The notes: generated by a model not told the origin, from the sequence alone. 64,000 nt of DNA from an uncultured virus (IMG/VR IMGVR_UViG_2713896875_000003) (IMGVR_UViG_2713896875_000003:1-64000), one strand, 5' to 3'. Shown: positions 48,602-59,200, counted from the first letter of the stretch. Translations and numbers: made by a program.

Positions 48602-48817
48602 ATGAGTAATAGAAAGATAATCCTTCCTGACTTTTTAACATCGAAGCAAAAAGAGCAGATATTAAAAGCATATAAATGGGGAAAACCAATCATTGTGAAA
48701 GGTCCGCAGGGGCCTACGGGAAAAACAACACTTGTTAATTGTCTTAGAAAACAGGGAATTCAAGCATTTGAAGCGTGGGAATGTTTAACCATAACGTTAA
48801 ATGATTTTATTGAATGA
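48602..48817 (+). CDS. Small P-loop-like protein
   Basis: GPQGPTGKT. Confidence 0.55.
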   Translation: MSNRKIILPDFLTSKQKEQILKAYKWGKPIIVKGPQGPTGKTTLVNCLRKQGIQAFEAWECLTITLNDFIE

Positions 48818-49107
48818 GTGGACCAGAAAAGAAAGTTGAAAACCAGATAAAAAAATATCTCGATTCTTTAGGTGCCTATTATTTGAAAGTGCATGGTTCT
48901 ATGTATCAACCAGCAGGAACACCTGATGTCTTGGCTTGTGTTAACGGTTATTTTGTTGCTATTGAGGTAAAGCGGCCAAGCGGTGGGGTTGTCAGTGCAT
49001 TACAAAAAAGCAAGCTGAAAAGAATCGAACAAGCAGGAGGGATAAGTATTGTCGCAAGAAGTGTGGACGATGTATCCACAATGCTCAAGCAAAGAAATGT
49101 TATATGA
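48814..49107 (+). CDS. VRR-NUC nuclease
   Basis: EKKVE, GTPD, IEVKR, Q motif. Confidence 0.88.
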   Translation: MSGPEKKVENQIKKYLDSLGAYYLKVHGSMYQPAGTPDVLACVNGYFVAIEVKRPSGGVVSALQKSKLKRIEQAGGISIVARSVDDVSTMLKQRNVI

Positions 49108-50293
49108 CTTTCAAAAGAAAATAATTGATTCAATCGATGCCAATTATCTATTAGCAATGGATACAGGAACAGGAAAAACAATCACAGCTATTCATCAATA
49201 TTTGAAATATGGACGTGGTGAACCAATTTTAATTGTTGCACCTCCGCAGAAAATCAAAGAAGGCGGCTGGCGAAGAGATATACAGGCCGTGTGTGATTTC
49301 TACAAGATTGAAATTTCATTTACTGAATTAAGTTATGGGAAATTAACGGATAGTTACAAACTGTATAAAGGTTGGTTTGTCATTTTTGACGAAGCACATT
49401 ATATCAAAAATTCAACTTCACAACGTGGTAAAGCAGCTGCAAAACTAACAAAACAATCCAGTCATTTTCTTCTTTTAACAGCAACGCCAGCTAGTAATGG
49501 CTGGGAAGATACGTACAACTATTTCATCATGTTTGGTTATTTCAAATCAAAAAAAGAAATGAATGATCAGCATGCACAATGGGGGACGATGTATCTTGGT
49601 ACACGACGAGTACCTAAGATTGAAGGATGGCTTCATGAAGAAAAATTGTATTCAAAATATGATTCTTTCACTATCTCAATATCAAAAGATGAAGCATTAG
49701 ACTTGCCACCATTGATTTTTGAAGATGTGAAATTCAAAAAGAGTAACGAGTATATGACTGTGGCCAAAGATAGGGTACTAGGTGATGAAGAATACGACAC
49801 GCCATCTAAATTGGCTCATGGGTTGAGATACTATGCGAACCAAAAGGATAAATTAGACTATGCCCAAATGCTTTGTGAAGGTACAGAAAACAACATCATT
49901 ATCTTTTATTACTATCAAAAAGAAATTGAAGCATTGAAGGAAAAAATTAAAAATAAAACATTTTTTGAAGTAAACGGAAAGCATTCAAATTTACCGCCTA
50001 AGCAGTCTTGGAAATCATTGAAGAATAGTGTCACTTTTGTCCAATATATGGCTGGTAGCGCAGGAATTGAACTTCAATACGCGAATACAGTTATTTTCTA
50101 TACACCAACTTATTCTTATCAAGATTACAGTCAAGCGCTGGGGCGAGCTTATCGTAATGGCCAAACTAAGAAAGTAACGGTTTATCGTTTTATAACGCAA
50201 CAGACAATTGAGCAAGCCGTTTACCAAGCCTTAGAAAACAAAGAAGATTTTTCAGAAGAATTGTATATGACTACAAGAATGGGGAGTGAGTAG
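49097..50293 (+). CDS. SNF2-like SF2 helicase
   Basis: DTGTGKT, DEAH, TATP, QALGRAYRNGQ. Confidence 0.9.
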   Translation: MLYDFQKKIIDSIDANYLLAMDTGTGKTITAIHQYLKYGRGEPILIVAPPQKIKEGGWRRDIQAVCDFYKIEISFTELSYGKLTDSYKLYKGWFVIFDEAHYIKNSTSQRGKAAAKLTKQSSHFLLLTATPASNGWEDTYNYFIMFGYFKSKKEMNDQHAQWGTMYLGTRRVPKIEGWLHEEKLYSKYDSFTISISKDEALDLPPLIFEDVKFKKSNEYMTVAKDRVLGDEEYDTPSKLAHGLRYYANQKDKLDYAQMLCEGTENNIIIFYYYQKEIEALKEKIKNKTFFEVNGKHSNLPPKQSWKSLKNSVTFVQYMAGSAGIELQYANTVIFYTPTYSYQDYSQALGRAYRNGQTKKVTVYRFITQQTIEQAVYQALENKEDFSEELYMTTRMGSE

Positions 50294-50296
50294 GGG

Positions 50297-50557
50297 ATGA
50301 GTAAAATGAGTTATGTAAATTATAAAAACTGTGTAAAAGAAGTAACGGATAAAAACGGTAAAGTAATTAAATATCATGACGTTGTTAGAACGTCACGAGG
50401 TGAAATTTTATTAGTAGGATTTGGAGTAAATCACCATCATAAAACAAAAGGTTTGAATGCCTTTAATAATTTTATTGGTGCTCATGATTGGTTAGATGTT
50501 TACCCAGATGGAGAATTGGAAATTTTAGGAAATGTTGATTTTGTTGAGGAGGAATAG
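50297..50557 (+). CDS. YopX-like small protein
   Basis: DKNGKVI..DVV and LEILGN motifs. Confidence 0.55.
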   Translation: MSKMSYVNYKNCVKEVTDKNGKVIKYHDVVRTSRGEILLVGFGVNHHHKTKGLNAFNNFIGAHDWLDVYPDGELEILGNVDFVEEE

Positions 50558-50558
50558 C

Positions 50559-51470
50559 ATGTTTGGTGTGCAGAAACAAGATAAAAATGTAACTGAAAAA
50601 CGTACACAATATGTCGGCGGTTCAGACGTACCAGTTATTCTTGGTCTTTCAAAATATAAAACACAATTTGAATTGGCCAAAGAAAAAGCTGGCATTGTAG
50701 TACCAGAACAAATTAGCAATCCGTATATAAACTTTGGTAACAAAATGGAGCCAGCTATACGTGAATACATTAATACTATGAATAGCTTAAATTTTCATCC
50801 AGAAACATTTATAGATAAGGATGACTATATTCGTTCAAATGTTGATGGTATTGATAACGAAAATGAAATTTTATTAGAGATTAAAACTCATGGAACAAAA
50901 CCAACAGTTGCCGTATATGAAGCCCAAATGCAGCTTTATTTTCATCAAACAGGTTGTGACTATGGCTGGTTGGCCATGTATCAAAGACCAACAGATTTTG
51001 ATTTAGAATTTGATTCTTCATTATTGAAAATTAAAGAAATTGAACGCGATGAAGGACAAATTGAAAAGATTCTGGATGCAATCGAAACTTTTTGGATCCG
51101 TGTGGAATATTTAAAAGAAAAACCTGATATGACTGAAACTGAATATTATTCTGTCGGGAATGATGTAAATAAATTAGTTGCACGTGTAGAACGCTTTGAA
51201 CTTGAAATGTTGGACTTTAACAAGAAAGTTAAGCAATTAAAAGAACAACAAAAAGAGTTCCGCGAACTTCTTTACAAAAAAATGGAAGAACAAGATATCA
51301 AAAAGATTGATACAGGTGACATTGTGATTACTCGTATTCTACCAACCACTCGTAAATCTGTAGATAGTACGAAACTAAAAAAAGAACAACCTGATATTTA
51401 CAATAAGTATTTAAAAGAGTCGCCTGTTAAAGGTTCCATAAAAATTACAGAAAGCAAAGGGGAAAAATAA
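50559..51470 (+). CDS. YqaJ/lambda-exonuclease-family recombination nuclease
   Basis: VGGSD, FGNKME, SNVDG, LEIKT, QMQLY. Confidence 0.9.
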   Translation: MFGVQKQDKNVTEKRTQYVGGSDVPVILGLSKYKTQFELAKEKAGIVVPEQISNPYINFGNKMEPAIREYINTMNSLNFHPETFIDKDDYIRSNVDGIDNENEILLEIKTHGTKPTVAVYEAQMQLYFHQTGCDYGWLAMYQRPTDFDLEFDSSLLKIKEIERDEGQIEKILDAIETFWIRVEYLKEKPDMTETEYYSVGNDVNKLVARVERFELEMLDFNKKVKQLKEQQKEFRELLYKKMEEQDIKKIDTGDIVITRILPTTRKSVDSTKLKKEQPDIYNKYLKESPVKGSIKITESKGEK

Positions 51471-51471
51471 C

Positions 51472-51690
51472 ATGATTAGAAAATTACAAAATACACGAAA
51501 ATTTTATGCTACTACACGGAAAGAAGCCGAAGAAGAAATTCAAAAAATTATTGATGAAACCGAAGGATCAGTGATTAAACAAAACATTGTTTCTAAAAAC
51601 CATAAAGATTTTGGTGATTACTATGAAGCACAAGTGACCGAAGAATTTGCACGTAGCAAAGAAATCGTTGAAGGAGGATTTTTAGCATGA
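51472..51690 (+). CDS. Hypothetical phage protein
   Basis: 72 aa ORF. Confidence 0.6.
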   Translation: MIRKLQNTRKFYATTRKEAEEEIQKIIDETEGSVIKQNIVSKNHKDFGDYYEAQVTEEFARSKEIVEGGFLA

Positions 51691-51887
51691 GTATTTTAAA
51701 AGTTGGTCAAACAGTAAAGTTAATTTCAAAACTTGATAAGGGCTTAGATGCTGAAGTAGGAGATATTGGTGAGATTAAGGAACTTACAACTGATCCTGAA
51801 TATTCAGTGAATGTCTATTGGTTTGAGCGTGAGGAAATTGAAGCAGTTCATCCTAGTGAAATTGCTATTTTTAAGGAGGAAAAATAA
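51687..51887 (+). CDS. Hypothetical phage protein
   Basis: 66 aa, RBS GGAGG. Confidence 0.6.
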   Translation: MSILKVGQTVKLISKLDKGLDAEVGDIGEIKELTTDPEYSVNVYWFEREEIEAVHPSEIAIFKEEK

Positions 51888-51889
51888 AT

Positions 51890-52807
51890 ATGAGTATTCT
51901 ACCAGAAAATAAACCACAAACACCAAAAGATACACCACGTAATTATTTTATCTGGGGTCCTACTATGGGCGGAAAATCTTTTCTAGCTTCACAATTTCCA
52001 AACCCAGTCATTTTTAACACTGATGGAAATGCAGAAGCAAACACTGTGCCATCCGTTCAGCTTAGAAATATTAAAGATTCAAACGGAAAGATTAAACGTT
52101 CAGTGATTGATCAGCTAGATAAATTAATCACTGCACTACAGACTGAAAAACACACTTACGAAACAGTGGTTCTTGATGTAATTGACGATATTGTAGTAAT
52201 GATTGAGCAATATATCTGTGATAAGGAAGACGTTGAAACTTTGGGTGATATTCCTTACGGAAAAGGGTATGCAGCATTTACTAACATTTTTCAACAGCTG
52301 GTCATTGAATTGAAATCATTACCAATGAATGTTATCTACATTTCAAGAAATGCGACAAAACTTGAAGGGACTACAGAAATTGAGATTCCCTCATTGAAAG
52401 AAAAACATCAAAATATTGTAAATGGTAATTGTGACTTATCTATTCAATGTAAAAAAGTTGGAAAGAATTATATTCGAGTAGCAAAAGCACGTCGCAAAGA
52501 CTATATGCGTGATCAAGTTGATGATGACACCATTCTAGGAATTTTAGATACTATCACTGGAGTTTTTGGACGAACAGCAAAAACAACGAAGAAAAAGCAA
52601 GATGAAATCGTTAAGCAATTAGAGCAAAACGAAGATATCTTGAAATCAGTAGAAGATACACCCAGTGAAAAAGCAACTGATGAAGTTAGTGAAACTAAGC
52701 CAACTAAACAAAAGGCAAAAGCGACAGCACCAGTTAATCAAGCGGCATCTAAAGTGGAACCAGCAAAAACAGCGAGTGTTCAACGCCGTATCAAACCAAA
52801 AATTTAA
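51890..52807 (+). CDS. Sak4-like (AAA_24) ssDNA-annealing ATPase
   Basis: GPTMGGKS, TVVLD, YGKGY; lies between exonuclease and SSB-like gene. Confidence 0.8.
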   Translation: MSILPENKPQTPKDTPRNYFIWGPTMGGKSFLASQFPNPVIFNTDGNAEANTVPSVQLRNIKDSNGKIKRSVIDQLDKLITALQTEKHTYETVVLDVIDDIVVMIEQYICDKEDVETLGDIPYGKGYAAFTNIFQQLVIELKSLPMNVIYISRNATKLEGTTEIEIPSLKEKHQNIVNGNCDLSIQCKKVGKNYIRVAKARRKDYMRDQVDDDTILGILDTITGVFGRTAKTTKKKQDEIVKQLEQNEDILKSVEDTPSEKATDEVSETKPTKQKAKATAPVNQAASKVEPAKTASVQRRIKPKI

Positions 52808-52857
52808 AAGACAACAAAAAAATAAAACTAAAAATATATTGAAAAGAGGAATTTAAT

Positions 52858-53370
52858 ATGGGATTAAAAGATTTAGCAAGTGAAGTATTGGCAGGATTCG
52901 ATCCAAAAACAGACAATCCAAATGCAGGAGATTTTGATGGACTTCCTGATGGTGAATATGATGTAACGTTGGAAAATGTAGAGCATAAAATTTTCAATAG
53001 TGGTTGGGAAGCTTTGTCTTTTGCGAATGAAGTTACTATTGGTGAAGCTGCAGGGCGAAAGGAATTTATTAACTTAGGTTTTGATGAAAACGCAGTGCCG
53101 TCTTTTGTATTAAATAAAAACATTAAATTAGTAGGGAAACTGGCAAGCGTTGTTGGTTTGCAATTGACTGATGATGATTGGGAAGATGAAGAAACACTTG
53201 CCGCAGCTTTTCAAGATGTAATCGGTAGTCAATATATTTTAGTGATTACCTCATCACCAAATAAAAAAGACCCATCAAAACCATATAAAAATTATGATTT
53301 TGTTGCGTATGAAGATGAATCAGAAGCCGATGATGTGTCTGTTATTTCTGATGAAGAAATTCCATTTTAA
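52858..53370 (+). CDS. DUF669-like phage SSB
   Basis: LPDGEYDV, acidic EEIPF tail. Confidence 0.75.
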   Translation: MGLKDLASEVLAGFDPKTDNPNAGDFDGLPDGEYDVTLENVEHKIFNSGWEALSFANEVTIGEAAGRKEFINLGFDENAVPSFVLNKNIKLVGKLASVVGLQLTDDDWEDEETLAAAFQDVIGSQYILVITSSPNKKDPSKPYKNYDFVAYEDESEADDVSVISDEEIPF

Positions 53371-53393
53371 AAATTAAGAAAGGGGCTTGGCCA

Positions 53394-54956
53394 ATGTTTA
53401 CTTTTTATTGGTTGTACCAAAACAAAAATGATTGGCTAGCAGTTTTCAAAACAGATAACACGTATACTATCGCAAATGACAGAGAGAGCCTAACACAGGC
53501 TCTTTCATCTGTCACTTATCTTGTTAGCTATGGTAATCATCGTGGAATAGATAAATTTTTGGCCAAAATTTTAACTGATGGAAAAAGTTCATTTTTACAA
53601 AAACAACTTTGTATTGATTTAAGCCAAGAAGCCAGAAATTGCACTATTGAAGAAATAGCGTTTAATTTACGTATGGATATTTCAGCGCAAACGTTAGAAG
53701 AATTTTGCAAGAAGCGAATTGACGTATGCGAAAAGATTTTTGAAGAACGTGAAGAATATTTAGAAACAAAATTCGAGATAGTGAAAGAATTTGATTTATC
53801 ACCGCGATCTGTGACAAAAACACGTGCAAATTTAGCTGCAGAAATTTTACAAGCTAAGAAAATGCCGAAGCGCCCCAATATTTTATTTTTTGATATTGAT
53901 AAAAATGTACCTAAGAACGAACTACCTGACCGCGTGTTAAATTTCTATGAATCAATAAAAAATAATTATAAGAATACGCTAGAGGAAAAACTCAAAACGG
54001 AAAAGTTCAAAATGACATTAGCAGGGTTAACGCATATCTACGGTTTTGGTGGGTTGCATGCAGCAAAAGAAAAATACAAAGGAAAAGGACATTTTTTACT
54101 TATAGATGTGAAGCAGTTCTTTCCAACTATTATTTTGAATAATAATTTTCTAAGTAGAAGTATAAAAAATCCTAGTGCTTTTTCTGATTTGTACGATAAA
54201 AAGGTTCAGACAGAAAAACTAACTTACAAGACGTTAATTAACGCAGTGAATGGCTCAATGAATAATCCTTATTCAGCTATGTATGATCCACAAAAGTTTT
54301 TTTCAGTAACAGTTAGTGGTCAATTAATCATTACGCATTTGATTTTGGTTTTGGAACACTTTGTTGAAGAATTAATTCAAACTAACACTGACGGCATTCT
54401 TGTAAAGATAAATCCAATCATGGAGCCACTGATTCGGGATTTATTAAATCGTTGGTGTGAACAATTACATGTGAATGTGTCTGTAACATCAATAAAACAG
54501 GTATGGCAAAAAGCGGTTAATGATTATGTGTTCCAAACAACTGATGGTGATTTTATTCGTAAAGGAATATTTGCGCCACCTACTTATTTATCTAATAATA
54601 TGCCAATCGTAAGTGCTGGTGTGTTTGCAAATGTAGTTGCTAACATCAAACCACAAGATTTTGTTATCCAGCAATTCAAAAATGGCGACATTGAAGATTT
54701 TTATTATATTGGTAAATTACAAGGCGATTTTGAACACATCGAACAAAGAGTAAATCAAACGTACAAACGAATGAATAATACTGTGTGTGGAATTGCAACC
54801 ACGAACAAAAAATACGGTGGTGTTTTTCAAGTAAAAAAAGACTTACATTCAAAACTACCAGGTTCGCCAGATAAATTTTTATCTTCAAGTATAGCTACAA
54901 AAAAAGATATTGATGTTCAGTGGTATATTAACCAAATTGAAAAAAATATTTTCTAA
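53394..54956 (+). CDS. Divergent family-B-like DNA polymerase
   Basis: GFGGLH, DVKQFFP (motif A), KTLINAVNG (motif B), QTNTDG (motif C). Confidence 0.75.
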   Translation: MFTFYWLYQNKNDWLAVFKTDNTYTIANDRESLTQALSSVTYLVSYGNHRGIDKFLAKILTDGKSSFLQKQLCIDLSQEARNCTIEEIAFNLRMDISAQTLEEFCKKRIDVCEKIFEEREEYLETKFEIVKEFDLSPRSVTKTRANLAAEILQAKKMPKRPNILFFDIDKNVPKNELPDRVLNFYESIKNNYKNTLEEKLKTEKFKMTLAGLTHIYGFGGLHAAKEKYKGKGHFLLIDVKQFFPTIILNNNFLSRSIKNPSAFSDLYDKKVQTEKLTYKTLINAVNGSMNNPYSAMYDPQKFFSVTVSGQLIITHLILVLEHFVEELIQTNTDGILVKINPIMEPLIRDLLNRWCEQLHVNVSVTSIKQVWQKAVNDYVFQTTDGDFIRKGIFAPPTYLSNNMPIVSAGVFANVVANIKPQDFVIQQFKNGDIEDFYYIGKLQGDFEHIEQRVNQTYKRMNNTVCGIATTNKKYGGVFQVKKDLHSKLPGSPDKFLSSSIATKKDIDVQWYINQIEKNIF

Positions 54957-54974
54957 GGCAGGTGAAAAAATAGT

Positions 54975-56828
54975 GTGTTAAATTTTATAAAATTAAGCCC
55001 AGGCGAGAAAAAGCCAGACCAAAAAAGTTTGGATGATTTCTATACTGATTTATCAAAATTAGATAACGCAGCTATTTTGTTAAACAAAGAAACAGTTGTT
55101 GTTGATTTTGATGAGTTCCCAGAAATTGGCCGTAAAATATTAGAAAAATATCCAACTATGGCTTTTGAAACCAAACGTGGTATTCACCTTTACTATAAAC
55201 GACCTGTCCAAATCAATGGCCATAAAATTTTATTAAAAAACTGGACCAAGAAATTAACGGTTTCAGGTGCACTAGTTGATTACAAAACAGGCAATAAATC
55301 AACAGCAACAATTAAACAAAATGGCCAACTTAGAAAAATGCATGGCACATTTGAAATGTTTGATGATCTGCCTACTTTGCCACTCGAATTATTGCCAGTG
55401 AAAGTTAAAAATGTACTTGCTGGCATGAAAGAAGGAGCAAGAAACAGTTCGCTCTATTCTCATTTGATGACAGTTCGTGAAATGTACGAACTTGATTACG
55501 ATACATTAATGAAAATAGCTGAATTTATTAATAATGATGTCTATGCAGAATCACTGCCAGCTACTGATATTCATGCATTGGTTAATTCGGTGAATGAGAA
55601 AGAAATTCGCGAACAGTTATATCTTGATCCAAAAGACATGATCATAACGAGTGAAGCATTGGCCCAAGAGTTCCAAGTGAAGTTTTTCAATGGTTCAATT
55701 TTCCACAAGGAAGATAATTACTGGATTAATGACCGAAACAAACTATTAAGACAAATAGATAATCGCATAAAACTACTACCAGCGAAATGGAAACAAATTT
55801 TAGACTTGTTACCAGTCAAAGGTGAATTGATTGAAGCTGCAGATTTCCCAATCCAGTTTCGTAATGATTTCATGTTGGACGGTGCCGAAATTATACCAAT
55901 GTCAACTAGAGAATTTACGCCTTTCTTTTTAGATGTTGATTACGATCCAGATGCATATGATAAAACAGTTGATGAATTTCTGGACTTTCTTGTTTCAGAT
56001 AAGAAAGATTTACGTTTAATTGTTGAAGAGTTGCTTGGTCATATTTTAATGACTGCAGGTTTTCCGCATAAAGTATTTTTCTTGGTTGGCTCATCTGGAG
56101 CAAACGGAAAATCAACTTTTTTAGAAATGCTCAATTCATTTATTGGTGATTTAGGTTTAAATCTGGCATTAGAACAATTCAACGACCAAACGTCGGTGAT
56201 GGAATTAGAAGGTAAGCTTGTAAACATCGGAGATGATATTGATGCAGGCTATATGGAAAAATCAATGAATTTTAAAACATTGGCATCAGGAAATACCATC
56301 ATGGTTAGGCCAATTTATTCGAAGCCATATAAATTAAAGAATAAAGCAACGTTAATTTTCACAGCAAACGAAATGCCAACGTTTAAAGATAAATCAGGTG
56401 GGATTGCTCGTCGTGTAGTAATTATTCCATGCGATAACAAAGTAAAAAAAGCAGATCCAAAAATTGATGAAAAATTATCTTCAGATAATGCAAAATCATA
56501 TTTATTGAATATCGCTTTAAATGCAATGGAGCGGATTATTAACAATGGTGGCCAACTTTCTTCTTCCGAAACCGTAGCGAAAGTCACAGAAGAATATTTT
56601 GTTGAAAGTGATTCTATTTTAACGTTTATTCATCAATGTGGGATTGACGAGAATATGACAACAAAAGGTGTTTATGATGAATACTTGAAAACATGTGAAG
56701 AATCTGGAAGTAAGCCATATACACAAACGAAATTTACGCAACGTCTTAAATCTTTGGGCTATGAGAAAGCACAACGAAGAATGATGGGAAAAAAATATTA
56801 CTATTATAAATTTAATGAAATAGAGTAA
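54975..56828 (+). CDS. Primase-polymerase/PriCT/D5-type SF3 helicase
   Basis: VDFD and GIHLYY AEP motifs, EGARN, GANGKST, IFTANEMP. Confidence 0.9.
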   Translation: MLNFIKLSPGEKKPDQKSLDDFYTDLSKLDNAAILLNKETVVVDFDEFPEIGRKILEKYPTMAFETKRGIHLYYKRPVQINGHKILLKNWTKKLTVSGALVDYKTGNKSTATIKQNGQLRKMHGTFEMFDDLPTLPLELLPVKVKNVLAGMKEGARNSSLYSHLMTVREMYELDYDTLMKIAEFINNDVYAESLPATDIHALVNSVNEKEIREQLYLDPKDMIITSEALAQEFQVKFFNGSIFHKEDNYWINDRNKLLRQIDNRIKLLPAKWKQILDLLPVKGELIEAADFPIQFRNDFMLDGAEIIPMSTREFTPFFLDVDYDPDAYDKTVDEFLDFLVSDKKDLRLIVEELLGHILMTAGFPHKVFFLVGSSGANGKSTFLEMLNSFIGDLGLNLALEQFNDQTSVMELEGKLVNIGDDIDAGYMEKSMNFKTLASGNTIMVRPIYSKPYKLKNKATLIFTANEMPTFKDKSGGIARRVVIIPCDNKVKKADPKIDEKLSSDNAKSYLLNIALNAMERIINNGGQLSSSETVAKVTEEYFVESDSILTFIHQCGIDENMTTKGVYDEYLKTCEESGSKPYTQTKFTQRLKSLGYEKAQRRMMGKKYYYYKFNEIE

Positions 56829-57112
56829 AAGCCCTACTTTTCGTAAAAAGCCCCACTTTGTCCCTACTTTTTTTACAAAAGTAGGGCTCGTGAAAACCAT
56901 TGGTGTTATTGGTTTTATATACTATTGTCCCTACTATCCCTACTTTTTTTTATTACTTAAAGAAAAAAAGAAGAATAATAGTATATATATTATATATAAG
57001 ATAATCAAAAAAAGTGAGGCTTCTGGGGCTTGCAAGCTAAAACCATTGAGAGAGTAAGGTTTTGCATGTCCCTACTTTTAAAATAAAAGTGGGGACAAAG
57101 TAGGGACAGCCA
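56829..57112. repeat. Putative phage replication origin (iteron cluster)
   Basis: Many CCCTACTTT/CCCCACTTT copies in both orientations around an AT-rich core, directly after primase-helicase. Confidence 0.7.
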
Positions 57113-57138
57113 CACTTTTTAGAATAAGGGGTGAGAAG

Positions 57139-57558
57139 TTGAAAGACGAAACAAAAAAGAAAAAATATTTTCTTAAACGTTATCGAAACTATCTTACAAG
57201 GATCAATCGATTAGAAGAGCAGCTTGTTTCTGTAAATGAACGTTTGGTAGGTTTACAGTCAAAAGTAATGTCTGATATGCCTAGTGGAGGTTTACCAATA
57301 ACAAAAGATGATTTATTGGAAAAGAAAGAAGAGCTACAGCATAGAATTGATACTTTAACAAACACATCTAAAAAAGTCAGACGAGAAATTTTAGATTGTA
57401 TTGATACGCTTGATGATTTTCGCTTTGCTGAAATACTTGAAGCATATTTTATTGAAATAAAAACACTAGAAGAAATTGCGGAAGAGAAGCATTATTCAAT
57501 AAGACATTGTGGTTTTCTATATGCTAAAGCTTTAGAAACAATCAATGTTGATGAGTAA
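57139..57558 (+). CDS. ArpU/RinA-like late transcriptional activator
   Basis: SDMPSGG, C-terminal HTH (TLEEIAEEKHYS); precedes packaging genes. Confidence 0.8.
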   Translation: MKDETKKKKYFLKRYRNYLTRINRLEEQLVSVNERLVGLQSKVMSDMPSGGLPITKDDLLEKKEELQHRIDTLTNTSKKVRREILDCIDTLDDFRFAEILEAYFIEIKTLEEIAEEKHYSIRHCGFLYAKALETINVDE

Positions 57559-57660
57559 AACACTTCATTTTTATAGCATTTTTAGTTCATTTTGATAACA
57601 CTTTTATCTCATGTTTATATCTAAAAAAATGAGGTACTATGATATTGTCAAAAAATATCA

Positions 57661-57695
57661 AAGACGGCAGCTATTCGTTTAGTTGTCGTCTTTTC
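57661..57695 (+). terminator. Hairpin/terminator before late operon
   Basis: AAGACGGCAGCTA...TAGTTGTCGTCTTTT. Confidence 0.6.
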
Positions 57696-57715
57696 ATTTT
57701 GAAAGGAGATAAACA

Positions 57716-58123
57716 ATGCGTGTATTAATTAGAAGTTCAGCATCTGGTTCAGAGTATTGGGATACCGAAGAAAAAAGAAATGTGTTTGTTCCTAAAGGCC
57801 AAGAACCAGATTTTGAAGTTACTGAAAATCCCGAATCAATGCTAAGTAAAGAAGCTGATTTATATGTTAGTGGTTTACCAATCACTGTAGGAAATGAAAC
57901 GGTTGATACTGATGGAATTAAAGGTGAACGATTATTAACAACTGCAACTGCAAGTGCTGATGATGAAGAACAAGATGAACTTGTTCCGTCTGATGAATCT
58001 GTTGTATTAGAAGAAATGAATGTAAAAGAATTGCGTGAATATGCAAAACGAAAAGGTATTGAGATTCCAAGTGCTGCACGTGCAAAAGGTGACATTCTCA
58101 ATATTATTAAAAAATCTGAATAA
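57716..58123 (+). CDS. Hypothetical protein with C-terminal Rho-N/HeH-like motif
   Basis: LEEMNVKELREYAKRKGI. Confidence 0.65.
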   Translation: MRVLIRSSASGSEYWDTEEKRNVFVPKGQEPDFEVTENPESMLSKEADLYVSGLPITVGNETVDTDGIKGERLLTTATASADDEEQDELVPSDESVVLEEMNVKELREYAKRKGIEIPSAARAKGDILNIIKKSE

Positions 58124-58500
58124 TGCGTTATTGTCAGTTTGAAGGTTGCTCTAATACAACAGAAAAAGGGGCTTATTGTTCCGAACATGCTAGGGAGTCT
58201 AGAAAAAAGAAAAAGCCAAGCAATGTTTATCATCATGACAACAAATCATTTTATCGAACAAAAGCATGGCAAGATGTCGCTGACTTTGTCTATGAAAGAG
58301 AAAACGGTTGTTGTCAAAGGTGTGGTCGTTTTGTGTTTGGAAGGCAAGCACATCGGCATCATATAATACCAATCAAGAAGAACGAAATGCTCAAACTTGA
58401 TCCAAACAATATTCGTTTGTTGTGTCCGAAGTGTCATGTGATTGAAGAAAATGAAGTAGATGAGAAAAAAGTTTTTCCATCTTATTTTAGGAGGAAGTAA
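58123..58500 (+). CDS. Packaging-associated HNH endonuclease
   Basis: CQRC, HHIIP, NIRLLCPKCH; upstream of terminase. Confidence 0.9.
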   Translation: MRYCQFEGCSNTTEKGAYCSEHARESRKKKKPSNVYHHDNKSFYRTKAWQDVADFVYERENGCCQRCGRFVFGRQAHRHHIIPIKKNEMLKLDPNNIRLLCPKCHVIEENEVDEKKVFPSYFRRK

Positions 58501-58636
58501 ATATTAAACAGCAGTTAACAAAGCATTGGTGTATCAATCCTAAATGTAAATGGGAAATAAAAACACACAAATTGTTGGAAGGTTTAAAATGTCCGAAATG
58601 TAATTATCCAACTCAATTAAAAATTTAAAAAAATGA

Positions 58637-58725
58637 AGCCCCCCTATCAAATTTGATTCAAAATTTTTGTCGGGGGATAGGGTAGGGGGCAGTCACGCGT
58701 GTCGTTAGGTCAAAAATTTTAAAAA
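58637..58725. other. Probable cos region
   Basis: GC-rich CCCCCC...GGGGGATAGGGTAGGGGGC tract between HNH and terS, flanked by CAAAATTTT-type repeats. Confidence 0.5.
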
Positions 58726-58747
58726 TAAAAGGGGGGTGTATAAAAAA

Positions 58748-59200
58748 ATGACCACAAAAGCGCAACGCAAAGCGATTATTGATGAAAAAGTTAATCACGA
58801 AAAAGCGCGAATTTTAGAAATTATGCGCAAGTCTGATTTATACACTATTACTCTTGATCCATTAATTGAATCATACTTGGATATTTTTGAAGTTTACCAA
58901 TACAAATACATGCTGTGGAAAGAAAAAGGATTTCCCGAAACCCAAAAAACAACAAATAAGGCTGGAGCTACTAACAATAGCAAGCATCCATTAGCGCAAC
59001 AAGTCGAAGTTTGGGCCGATAAAAAAATGAAAGCATTGGATTTATTAGGATTGACCAATAAGTCAAAAACAGGCAGACAAATTACTGGTGGTTCAACAGC
59101 TAGAGCAGATGAAGAAATGAAACGGCCAGAAGAAAAGCCTGTAGATGAATTGGCAGAACATCGGAAAAAATGGCGTAAAAAGGCAGGGAATGAAACATGA
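58748..59200 (+). CDS. Terminase small subunit (P27-like)
   Basis: TNKAGATN..KHP, LGLT. Confidence 0.88.
   Translation: MTTKAQRKAIIDEKVNHEKARILEIMRKSDLYTITLDPLIESYLDIFEVYQYKYMLWKEKGFPETQKTTNKAGATNNSKHPLAQQVEVWADKKMKALDLLGLTNKSKTGRQITGGSTARADEEMKRPEEKPVDELAEHRKKWRKKAGNET

Noticed and set aside
56829..57112. CCCTACTTT repeats as a novel array
   Set aside because: Mixed orientation around an AT-rich core after a primase-helicase is the usual phage origin layout
57694..58236. 180-aa minus-strand ORF
   Set aside because: Shadow of two well-supported plus-strand phage genes
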